Shown one piece after another: positions 37,512 to 48,374 of a stretch of DNA of 64,000 bases. The stretch is from Mobula hypostoma (taxonomy: Eukaryota): positions 108,006,001-108,070,000 of the forward strand of contig NC_086097.1 of the NCBI RefSeq assembly GCF_963921235.1, read 5' to 3'. Under the pieces are notes generated by a model. The model saw nothing but the letters and a program-made list of their open reading frames with translations, was not told where the DNA came from and made no database searches. The translations under genes were made by a program, and so were the position numbers. Position 1 is the stretch's first letter, and every line of letters begins with the position of its first letter.

Positions 37512-39661
37512 CAGTGGTAGGCAACCTACGGCCCGTGGGCCAAATCCGGCCGGCAAAGGTATTTTCATCAACCGGCAAGCGGTTTTTCCTTATTCTGAGT
37601 GTTTCACGCGACCACACTGAAGGACATGCATGGCATCTTGTTACACTGGCCCCAGGTTCTGTCTTGTTCCAAACCAAACACTGGTATATACGAATGACAG
37701 GAAGGCAGACTACCTTATTACTATGTATTAGATACTCTCCATGCACGCTCAGGTTTTCAGATGGGATCGTTCAAATTTGTCAACAGAAACAACGTCACAG
37801 TGTTTTAACAAGAAATCCACGCTAAATATCCAGATATTTACAGGTGCTATGATACTTGTTGAATAACTGGCATTTCGAAAAAAAATTGAAGAAAAAAATT
37901 CCAATGACAATGAATGCAAAACGCAGGAAGGTAGACACTGAGTGCCAAAATTTCCAAGACACTTGGACACTAGATTACTTCTTCATTGAGCAAGCTTTGT
38001 CTCATTTGCCTAGAAAATGTTGCTGTGAAGAAGGTGGCAAATATCAGGTAACATTATGAGACCCGCCATAGTGGAAAGAAAGCTGCAATTGTGGGAGTAC
38101 CAGCTTCAAGAAGGAAATTGTGCACATTTTCCCACTTTTCAAAAAAGTAAAGCACAAGATCCAGGCATTTTTGTGAATATGGTCCAAGAATTGAGAAAAG
38201 GGTTTTCATCTCGTTTTGCTGATTTTCACTTGCATGCAAATGAGTTCAAGCTGTTTGCTGCTCCATTTGATGTGGAAGTGGACACTGCATCAGAAATTTT
38301 AAGAATGGAATTGATTGAGATGCAGTGTGATGACATATTGAGATCGAAATTTCATTCTGAGGATTTGTCAGTGCTTGACTTCTATAGAAAAGATATTCAT
38401 CCAAGTGGAAAGTATCCTAACTTAGTGGACCATGCAATAAAGATGGCATCATTGTTTGGCAACACTTATCTGTGTGAGAAATTATTTTCAAAAATGAAGC
38501 ACACCAAGAACCATTTGAGAACAAGATTAACTGATGCCAATCTGGATAATGTCTTGCTCTTGGCATCAACAAGTCTGACACCCAATATTGAGAAGCTTTC
38601 AAGCAACAGACAGCATCAAATTTCACATTGATTCATCAACTGTTTGCATTAAAATTTTCTTTATTATTATACTTAATTTACCACCACTCAATGCATCATG
38701 TTCATACGTTTTTTATGTTGAAAGATTCTTTGTGTCCTTTTAATAGATTCAAAAGATCTTTGATTGAAATAATTTTTTTCTTACATTATGAGGACATTCA
38801 GTCCTAGTTTATTGTCATTTAGAAATGCATGCATTAAGAAATGATACAATGTTCCTCCAGAGTGATATCACACAAAAATAGGACAAACCAAAGACTAACA
38901 CTGACAAAACCACATAATTATAACATATAGTTACAACAGTGCAAAACAATTCCATAATTTGATAAAGAACAGACCATGGGCATGGTAAAAAAAAGTCTCA
39001 AGCCCCGATCGACTCCTATAGTCCCCAATAGCAGGCAGCAAAAAGGGAGAAACTCCCCTGTCATAAACCTCCAGGCACCGACAACTAACAACTGCCGATG
39101 CATTGGAAGCACCCGACCACAGCCAACTGAGTCTGTCCAAAAACTTCGAGCCTCTGACCAGCCCCTCCAATACAGCCTCCGCCTTCGACCTTGTCCCGGC
39201 CACCAAAACAAGCAAAGCTGAGGACTCAGAGGCCTACTCCTCCGGAGATTCCGAACCATACAGTAGCAGCGGCAGCAAAGCGGGCATTTCAGAAGTTCCT
39301 CCAGATGTTCCTCCGTGCTCTCACGTCTGTCTCCATCAAATCAGAATTGTGCACGGTACCTTACTTAATAAGTACAGATATCATTCCGGAGTGGCCGCGC
39401 ATGCTGCATCGCGCCGCCATCTTCTCCTCCTCTCCTTTGACTTTGCAACTAAACTGAGTTCTTTGATTACTAAGTGGCATCCTTGGTTAAGCACAAATGA
39501 TTTTCTGGCATGCGTTATTCATTAATTTGAGGCAAAACATATCTAGATGTACTTAAATTGTAATTCCCATATTTCAAGTTTTTTATGGCATTTATCTGGC
39601 TCACCGTCCACTCATTAATACACGATCCAGCCCACAGAGGCAGAAAGGATACTGACCCCTG
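37512..39661 (+). mobile_element. Internally deleted hAT transposon (SPIN/GTF2IRD2-type transposase remnants) with a nested LINE tail (~38790-39430)
   Basis: CAGTGG...CCCCTG ends and an 8-bp TSD GTCTAGGC/GTCTAGAC. N-terminus KRRKVDTECQNFQDTWTLDYFF; C-terminus FSSRFADF...ELIEMQCD...SLFGNTYLCEKLFSKMK...RTRLTD. Confidence 0.88.
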
Positions 39662-40371
39662 GTCTAGACATATCCAATATGCTCCATTTTTCTGGCACAA
39701 TGACAAATGAGCTCACCAAACTGCTGGTTCTTCAATCTTTTGTATGACATTTATCAGTTCCAAGCGTGCTAGGTCTTGTTTGAGTTTATCTCTAAGTGCA
39801 AATGGAACTTTCCTGCATGCATTGACAACAGAAGGCACCGTCTCTTCTACACAAATTTTGTGTACATCAGGTAAGCATCCAGACCCTTCAAAGGCATCCG
39901 CATTCTCCTCCATGAGTGTTAGGTGGTCATATTTGGTCTGTGAAGTCATTGTGAAAACTCTATTCACCAGCTTAAGCCTTTCACATGCAATTAAACCTAA
40001 TATTGGCAGAACTCTCTTTTCTACAATTATTAGCAGTGCTCTTGTGCTTGAAGGTCACTATGCAGCCCCCTTTACTGGAATGTTCTCTCCAGTATAGCCT
40101 GTCACTTTTAATTTCACTGGGTAAATCTTGCTCTTTACTTTGAGAGCCTTGTAATCATCCATGGACAATGGATTCGTCTGGGCTCTGGTGTCATGCTTGA
40201 ATGGAATTACTATCTCAACGGCAGTCACTGGACAATCCATTCTGCTTTACCAGCACCAGCAGTCTGTAGAGAATCTACAAAGACTTCCTTCATTTCCACG
40301 TTAACCATGTACACCTCTCTCTTGGTAGGCCAGCTTTGCAGCACTTTGGAAAAAGATTCTTCTTACCACAA

Positions 40372-41852
40372 CTATAAGACCATAAAGCCATAAGACATAA
40401 GAGCAGAATTAGGCCAGTTGGCCCATCGAGTCTGCTCCACCATTCAATCATGGTTGATCCTTTTTCCCTCTCCTCAGCCACACTCCCAGTCTTGTCCTCA
40501 TAACCTTTGATGCCATGTCCAATCAAGAACCTATCAAGCTCTGCTTTAAGTACACCCAATGACCTGGTCTCCACACTTGTCTGTGGTAACAGATTCCACA
40601 AACTCACCATCCTCTGGCTCAAGAAATTTCTCCGCATCTCTGTTTTAAATGGCTGCCCCCCTATCCTGAGTCTCTGCCCTCTTGTCCTAGACTCCCCACC
40701 ATGGGAAACATCCTTTCCACATATACTCTGTCAAGGCCTTTCAACATTCCAAAGTTTTCAATGATCCCCCCTCATCCTTCTAAATTCCAGTGAGTACAGG
40801 CCCAGAGCCATCAAATGTTCCTCATATGATAACCCTTTCATTTCTGGAATCCTCCTTGTGAACCTCCTCTGAACCCTCTCCAATGCCTTTATAAGTGCCT
40901 TATGAAGCCTCAGCATCACATCCCTGCTCTTGTGGATCTCTTGAAATGAATGCTCACATTCCATTTGCCCTCCTCACCACCGACTCAACCTGCAAGTTAA
41001 CCTTTAGTGAGTTCTGCACAAGGACTCCAAAGTCCCTTTGCATCTCAGATTATTGAATTTTCTCCATGTTTAGAAAATAGTCTGCACATTTATTTCTACT
41101 ACCAAAGTGCATGACAATGTTTTTTCCAACTTTGTATTTAATTTGCCACTTTCTTGCCCATTCTCCTAATCTAAGTCTTTCTGCAGCCTTCCTGTTTCCT
41201 CAACACTACCTGCCCCTCCTCCAATCTTTGTATTTGGGAACAGCTTCTTTCCAACTGTGATAAGACTGCTGAACAGATCCTCACCCGGATCTGGCCGTAC
41301 CCTCCAAATATCCAAAGCTGCCTCTCGGTTTTTTTGCACTACCTTACTTTCCCTTTTCTATTTTCTATTTATGATTTATAATTTAAATTTTTAATCTTTA
41401 CTATTGATTTGTACGCCAGGGAGCATGAAGCGCAGAATCAAATATCGCTGTTATGATTGTATGCTCTGGTATCAATTGTTTGGCGACAATAAAGTATAAA
41501 GTAAAATAAAGTATCTGCAAACTTGGCAACAAAGCCACCTATTGCATCATCTAAATCATTGATACACAGCATAAAAAGAAGCGTTCCCAGCACTGACCCT
41601 GTAGTAAACCACTAGTCACTGGCAGCCAATCAGAAAAGGATCCATTTGCTGTCTCCTACCAATCAGCCAATGCTATAACCATGTAGGTAACATTCCTGTA
41701 ATACCATGAGCTCTTAACTTGGTAAGCAGCCTCATGTGTGGCACCTTGTCAAAGGCCTTCTGAAAATCCAAATATACAACATCCCTTTTATCTATCCTGC
41801 TTGTAATCTCCTCAAAGAATTCCAACAGATTGATCAGGCAAGATTTTCCCTT
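40372..41852 (-). mobile_element. CR1 3' half nested in the Gypsy, with a Rex1 tail at ~41234-41514
   Basis: GKSCLINLLEFFEE, YLDFQKAFDKVPH, ERVQRRFTR, RNFLSQRMV and a (CTTATGG) tail. Confidence 0.85.
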
Positions 41853-43269
41853 ATTGTAGGACTTTCCATCAGCAGAGCACATCCTTGGAATAAGGCTACC
41901 TGTACATTTGCTGATTTGCCCTTTGAGCCACTCTTTCTGCTTTGCTGCTGCATTGGGAAATGTCTTGTGCACTGTTCCTCTGTTTTCACAGTGTTCACTG
42001 TTGTGTCTGCCCTGTGCAGCTCATTAGCCTGAGATTGTGTGATCTCCATGCCCTGCTCACCTTCACAGCCTTTTCCAGGCATCAAATCTTTCTGACACAG
42101 CAATCTTTGTCTGAGCCCATTATCTGGAATTTCGCAAACTATTCTGTCTCTAACTAGTGAGTATCTCAAATCTCTAAACTCACAGGACTTAGTATGTGAA
42201 GCTCATCTAAGTATTGGTCAAAGTTAACACCTTGTTTCTGGTCACAGGAAAAGAACTTATACCTTTTAAACTTGATGTTTTAACTTGGGACAAAATACTC
42301 CTCAAATTTGGTCACCGGAGTGTCCAATATAAAGGCTGTCTCATCAATTTGAAAGCTGTTGTAGATATCCAAAGCATCTTCGTCAATCACATGCAGAAAG
42401 GTGGACACTTTCAACTTTTCATCAGTTCCTCCCGCCACCCCCAGCTCTGGTAGCAGGTCAATATATATTAAATCACTGTTTGAAGCATTTCCAGGTATTT
42501 ATTAGATTGCCAGGTGAGGGATGACTTAGGTTGTCCATGATGGGAACTCTTGGCCTCTCACCTGAATTTCTTGGTGAATTCATTGAACTTCAGGACACAG
42601 ATATTCTGGCCAGCACCATCTCTCCATTGCTAGCATCTCTTTTTCAGTCACACACAGTTCTCATGTACTGTTCGTGTTTAGACCTCATGCCAACTTCCAA
42701 CACCAGGCTATATTTGTTGTTAAAAAAGACATACTTATTCTGGCTAAATGCTAGAACATTTTATTACTGAACTCTGTTCAACACTTAGCGCATGTGACCC
42801 GCCTACTATCGAAGCATCCGGTTCCGGGTGAACTGCCCATGTTGCACACTGGGAACTGAAGTTCTTTATTATGCACACATAATAACACAGATGAGTCAGG
42901 ACCAGGGGGCACAGCTTCGTACTAGGGCAGGTGTTTCCAAACTTTTCTATGCCATAGACCCCTACCATTAACTGAGGGGACCACAGACCCTAGGTTGGGA
43001 ACCACTGCAATAGAGGAACATCCATTTAGAACAGAGATGAGGAGGAATTTCTTTAGCCAAAGGGCAATGAAATCAGTTCTGTTCATTGCCATAGATGGTT
43101 GTGGAGACTAGGTCACTGGGTATATTTAAAACGGAGGTTGATAGTTTTTTGATTAGTCATGGTATCAGAGGTTACAGAGAGAAGGCAGAAGAATGGGGTT
43201 GAGACATAACAAATGAGTCATGATGGAATGGCAGAGAACACTTGGGAGCAAAGGATGTTGGGGATGGCA

Positions 43270-46109
43270 AGGTGGAGCACTGTGGGAGAGTTGTGGGTCA
43301 TGTGGCAGCAAAGGAGTTCCAGGGACGGGAGGGTGGCGCAGGTGCAGAGACAGCTCCCCAGTCATCATAGACTAACCTTTACTACTGAGCAGGTGAGAAG
43401 GGCTCTGGGGAAACTCAGACATGGCAAAGCATTGGGACTGGATGGTGTGAACCCCAAGGTCCTGAAGGAGTGTGCTGAGCAGCTGTGTGGAGTTCCCCAG
43501 TGTACTTTTAATCTGAGTCTCAGCCTGGAAAGGGTCCTGACTGTGTGGAAAACATCATGTGTGGTCCCAGTACCCAAGGAAGGACAACTGAATATCTTAA
43601 ATGTCTACTGTCCAGTGGCCCTGACCTCACACATCATGAAGACCATAGAAAGGCTGATCTTGGCTCACTTCCAACTCCTGGTCAGATCAGCCCTTGATCC
43701 CCTGCAGTTTGCCTATCAGGAGCACATTGGAGTCGATGATGCTGTCATCTACCTGCTGAACAGAGCCTACTCCCATTTGGATAAGCAGGACAGCACTGTG
43801 AGGATCATGTTTTCTGATTTCTCAAGTGCCTTCAATACCATACAGCCCTCATTGCTGGGGGAAAAGCTCCACTCTATGCAGTTTGGCACTTCCATTGTAT
43901 CCTGGATAATGGACTACCTGACTGACAGACCACAGTTTGTGCGGCTTCAGAGCTGTGTGTCAGACATGGCTATAAGCAGCACTGGGGCCCACAGGGGACT
44001 GTATTGGCTCCCTTCCTGTTTACCCTTTGTACCCCAGACTTTAGATACAACACTAAGTCATGTCATCTGCAGAAATTCTCTGATGACAGCCACGGTTGGG
44101 TGTATAAAGCAGGGGTCCCCAACCTTTTGTGCACTGCAGACTGGTTTAATATTGACAATATTCTTGCAGACCCGCCAACCGGGGGGGGGGTGGTGGTGGG
44201 GTAGGGTTGCCAATGGACAAGAGTAGCAGTCAAATACGTTGTGTTTACCCCGAGAAAGACTACCATGACCATGAAGCCTTGCGCAGGCACCAGTGTAGGC
44301 ATGCGTGTACGTGCCAATTTTTTTCTACAAATCATTTTTGACAATTCTGTTCGGGGGGGTGGGGGTTTGTTAATCACGACCAGAATATAGGTGATAAGTG
44401 GCTAATACCCTCAATTTTGTTTCTAAAAGGGTTTATCTAACAAATTTAGTATTAAACACACAGCGCATATTTTCCTCGCATGAATATAGTGATAAGTCAA
44501 TTATCAGGGAGCTTGAAGTAAGTGTTGAACGAACTTCCAGTAGAAGTGGTAGAGGCAGGTTCGATACTATCATTTAAAGAAAAATTGGATAGGTATATGG
44601 ACAGGAAAGGAATGAGGGTTATGGGCTGAGTGCAGGTCGGTGGGACTAGTGAGCGTAGCATTTGGCATGGACTAGAAGGGCAGAGATGGCCTGTTTCTGT
44701 GCTGTAATTGTTATATGGTTATATAAGTCACTTATAAGTCAATAGCATCATAACATTTTAAGTAACGTTTGGATATTAAACACACAGCACATATTTTCCC
44801 CATATGAACATATAAAATCATTGCAACACACCAATATCGCTGAATCAGTGGGAGCCCTGGGCTTGTTTCCCTGCAACAAGACGGTGCCATCGAGGGGTGA
44901 TGGGAGACAGCGATACTCGAACGGGGTTCCCTATGTCCAGTCTATTGAGCAATTTAGTTTTCGTTGCAATTATTGCAGAAATATGTTGGAAATGGAAGCA
45001 ACGTTTTCAGTGCTTTCGTGGCTGTCTTAGGACATTCAGCCTTGACTTTGATCCAGAATGCTGACAGAGATGTTATATCAAACATACTCTTCAGCCCGCC
45101 GTCATTTGCAAGCTCCAGGAGTTGATCTCCTTCCCACGCTGCCACGGATGACGCGTGGGTAATGACCTTGCATGCGTTCAAGCTCAACAGTGGGCGTGAC
45201 AGGGAATGAGGAAAGGTGCAGCTGACTCATATCGCCAAATCATATCGTTTCCTCGTGGCCCGGTAGCACATGCTTTGCGGCCCAGTGGTTGGGGACCGCT
45301 GGTATAAAGAGAGGACGGGAAGATGAATACAGGGCCCTGGTGGAGGACTTTGCCAAATACTGGAAGCTGAATCATCTGCAGCTCAACATCAGGAAGTCGA
45401 AGGAGATGGTGATGGACTTTAGGAGCCTGAACTGCTCCCTGTTACTGTTGATGGTGAGAACATGGATGTGGTGAGGATCTACAAGTACCTGGGGTGCTCC
45501 TGGATGCCAAACCTGAGTTGTGCACCAACACAGAGGCTGTGTACAAGAAGGGCCAGAGTCACGTCTACTTTCTGAGGAGCCTGAGGTCCTTTGGAGTATG
45601 CAGTCCTCTCCTTCACATGCTCGACCGGTCTGTTGTGAACAGTACAATCTTCTATGTGGTGGTATGCTGGGGCAATAGCATCAACATGGGTGATGCCAAC
45701 AGGCTCAATAAACTGATTAGAAAGGCTGGCTCTGTTATAGGAGTCATACTGGACACACTGGGGCTCTGGTGGAACAAAGGGCCCTACAGAAAATCCTGGC
45801 AATTCTGGACAATGTTTCTCACACTCAGCATGCCACATTAGCTGAACAGAGGAGCACTTTTAGTCATAAATTAAGACAGCTGCGCTGCTCCAAAGAGGGC
45901 TACATGAGGTCATTCTTATCCTCGGCCATTAGGCTCCACAATAAGTCAACCTATGGCCGGGGAAGCGATGAGTCCCCTCCTGTTAGACTCTTTTAGGTAA
46001 CTTAATTTTTATTCTTTCTGCTTCTCTTCTAATATTTATATCTGTGCACTTGTAATGCTACTGTAAAACTGTAATTTCCTTTGGGATCAATAAAGTATCT
46101 ATCTATCTA
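43270..46109 (+). mobile_element. Rex1/Babar LINE, 5'-truncated, split by a hAT element
   Basis: GLDGVNPKVLKECAEQL, PVALTSHIMK, DPLQFAY, DFSSAFNTIQP, KFSDD, KKGQSHVYFLRSLRSF and an (ATCT)n tail. Confidence 0.88.
44110..45301 (-). mobile_element. Non-autonomous hAT (Charlie/Buster-type) element carrying a CR1 3' tail
   Basis: CAGGGGTCCCC...GGGGACCGCTG TIRs and a perfect 8-bp TSD GTATAAAG (44102-44109 / 45302-45309). Transposase C-terminal remnant QLLELANDGGLK...FWIKVKAE...ALKTLLPFPTY. Confidence 0.88.
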
Positions 46110-46332
46110 CATCCAGCCCTGGACACCAGGCAAGGCCATTTAATTATAAACAATTGGTTTATTGATTATTACAAAATGTTTCTCGTGCTCCCTCCTCTCT
46201 CCCAGCCCCTTCCCAATTTCAGTTCCCAAACAAGACCCGTATCAGAATCAGGTTTATCATCACTCACGTATGTCATGAAATTTGTTTTTTTGTGTGACGG
46301 GCAGCAGTACAGTGTAGTACATAAAATAACGA

Positions 46333-46400
46333 CAGTACTCTGCAGAAGTCTTAGGCACCCTAGCAATATATATATATGTGCCAACTTTTGCACAGTACTG
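46333..46400. mobile_element. Tc1/mariner-type MITE
   Basis: Imperfect TIRs CAGTACTCTGCAGAAGT / ACTTTTGCACAGTACTG, with a TA flank on the right. Confidence 0.6.
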
Positions 46401-47348
46401 TATATATACCTAGAAGTAAAAGAAGAGTCATGCTGGTTCGGATGTTGCCTGGATTAACAAGGTCCCCGCCAATGGTTGGGAATCTGGGACTATTTGGTGA
46501 TAAATTGGCTACCGGAACAATGGACAAGACTGGACGAGATGGAATTAATGGAATGCTACTTTAACAGCAACCCACGTGAAAGAGGAGACATCAAGCACAT
46601 GTGGGGACTCTGGCAACAATGAAGTCCATCGTCCACATTCACAGGAAAACAACTGGCTACCCTGTGATCAAACATTGCCAACAGAGGATTGCTATCACAT
46701 CTTGAAATGGAAGATGTACAATCACAATGCACCACAGCAACATCATCACAGAACTGAGCCGATCAGGAAATACAATTTCAAGTCCTACTCCACAACTCAC
46801 AGATGGCGCAAAGGTAATAAACGTTGTGCACAGGAACTGCAAGTTGGAACCTCTCCTCAGGGCATATCGACACTGGCTGCTGCAATCAGAGAGAATATCA
46901 TGGCTAAACTGGCCATTTTAGCCATGATATTCCCTCTGATTGCAGACTTAGTGATGAAACTCCAACAGACAGCATGCTGGAAGCAGCTAATGAAGCTCTA
47001 CTCACAATTGCAACCTCCAACATAACTGAGACCAATTACCTGATATATGCATCGGAAACAGCAGTCCTAAAAATGCTGGGCCACAAAATGAAATACAGTG
47101 GAGAATACTGTCATAACCCCCCCCCCCAACCCTGGAGACAACGATTGGAAGCCAAGATGAAAACCACAAGGGTGGAGGTCAGCAGACTAAATGAGCTGCA
47201 GAAAGGTAGGAAGACCAAGGACTCATAGTGGCTACTAAGGAAATACAGAGGAATGCCCATAGCTGAAGCCAGCAGTAGTTAACAGTTCTGGCTACCAGAC
47301 GACAGAGGTACACTAAGGGTACAGAGGCCAAGTGAATACATGCACTCT

Positions 47349-47889
47349 TAGAAACGTAGAAACATAGAAAATAGGTGCAGGAGTAGGTCTTTCAGCCCTT
47401 TGAGCCTGCACCGCCATTCATTACGATCATGGCTGATCATCCAACTCAGAACCCTGTACCTGCCTTCTCTCCATACCCCCGATCCCTTTAGCCACAAGGG
47501 CCATATCTAACTCCCTCTTAAATATAGCCAATGAACTGGCCTCAACTGTTTCCTGTGGCAGAGAATTCCACAGATTCACCACTCTCTGTGTGAAGAAGTT
47601 TTTCCTAATCTCGGTCCTAAAAGGCTTCCCCTTTATCCTCAAACTGTGACCCCTCGTTCTGGACTTCCCCAACATTGGGAACAATCTTTCTGCATCTAGC
47701 CTGTCCAATCCCTTTAGGATTTTATATGTTTCAATAAGATCCCCCCTCAATCTTCTAAATTCCAATGAGTATAAGCCTAGTCGATCCAGTCTTTCATCAT
47801 ATGAAAGTCCTGCCATCCCAGGAATCAATCTGGTGAACCTTCTTTGTACTCCCTCTATGGAAAGAATGTCTTTCCTCAGATTAAGGGAC
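47349..47889 (-). mobile_element. Young CR1 3' fragment
   Basis: ORF 47427-47897 EGVQRRFTRLIPGM...FFTQRVVNLWNSLP, plus a (TTTCTATG) tail. Confidence 0.88.
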
Positions 47890-48374
47890 TTCTCCAAAGA
47901 ACCAGGAAAAGTATTCGCACAACTTCAGAGCAACAGCTTGCTAATATCTGAACCAACCAGAAAAGCAACTGAGGAGCACTGGAAGACTATATAGGAGAAA
48001 GCAGCATCACACAACACCAGTGCCCAATGGTGGAAAGGTCTACAAGCAAGCCGCTGCACTCTTCCAGAGAAAGAGCCAGTCACCATCACAGCAGGAGATA
48101 TCCAGCAACAGGGAGCAAGTATAAAGAACTGGACATCACCAGGGCCTGACGTGATCCACGTTTATTGGCTGAAAAGTCACGTACCCCATGATGGGTTAAA
48201 GAACCAGCAGAAATAGAAAACACTTTGGAGTCCAGTATTGCTACTAATTAATGGTATTTATTAGTAGCTACGCAATACAGTAATATAAATACATATATAT
48301 GAAAAAGGGTAGCATTGAATATATATTTATGATTGAAATATATGAAAACCAAGCTTCTTCAAGTCTAGGGGTAG

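Larger units (their letters stand above)
35106..42889 (-). mobile_element. Full-length decayed Gypsy LTR retrotransposon
   Basis: LTRs at 35106-35274 and 42706-42889, 5-bp TSD GATGA (35101-35105 / 42890-42894), tRNA-Leu-like PBS TGGTGTTGGAAGTTGG next to the 5' LTR, PPT next to the 3' LTR. pol motifs RKVPFALRDKLKQ, ICLD, ADVSQYGLGSVLLQ, ETDHKPL and YWPSM. Confidence 0.88.
34790..43250 (+). mobile_element. CR1 3' fragment split by a full-length Gypsy and a hAT MITE
   Basis: LERVQRRFTI...SLEFRRMREDVIETY before 35105, continuing gagtcaggaccagggggcacagc and RNFFSQR after 42890. Confidence 0.75.

Noticed and set aside
38056..38631. Domesticated GTF2IRD2/EPM2AIP1-like host gene
   Set aside because: It lies between TIRs with an 8-bp TSD inside a Gypsy element and lacks the catalytic core.
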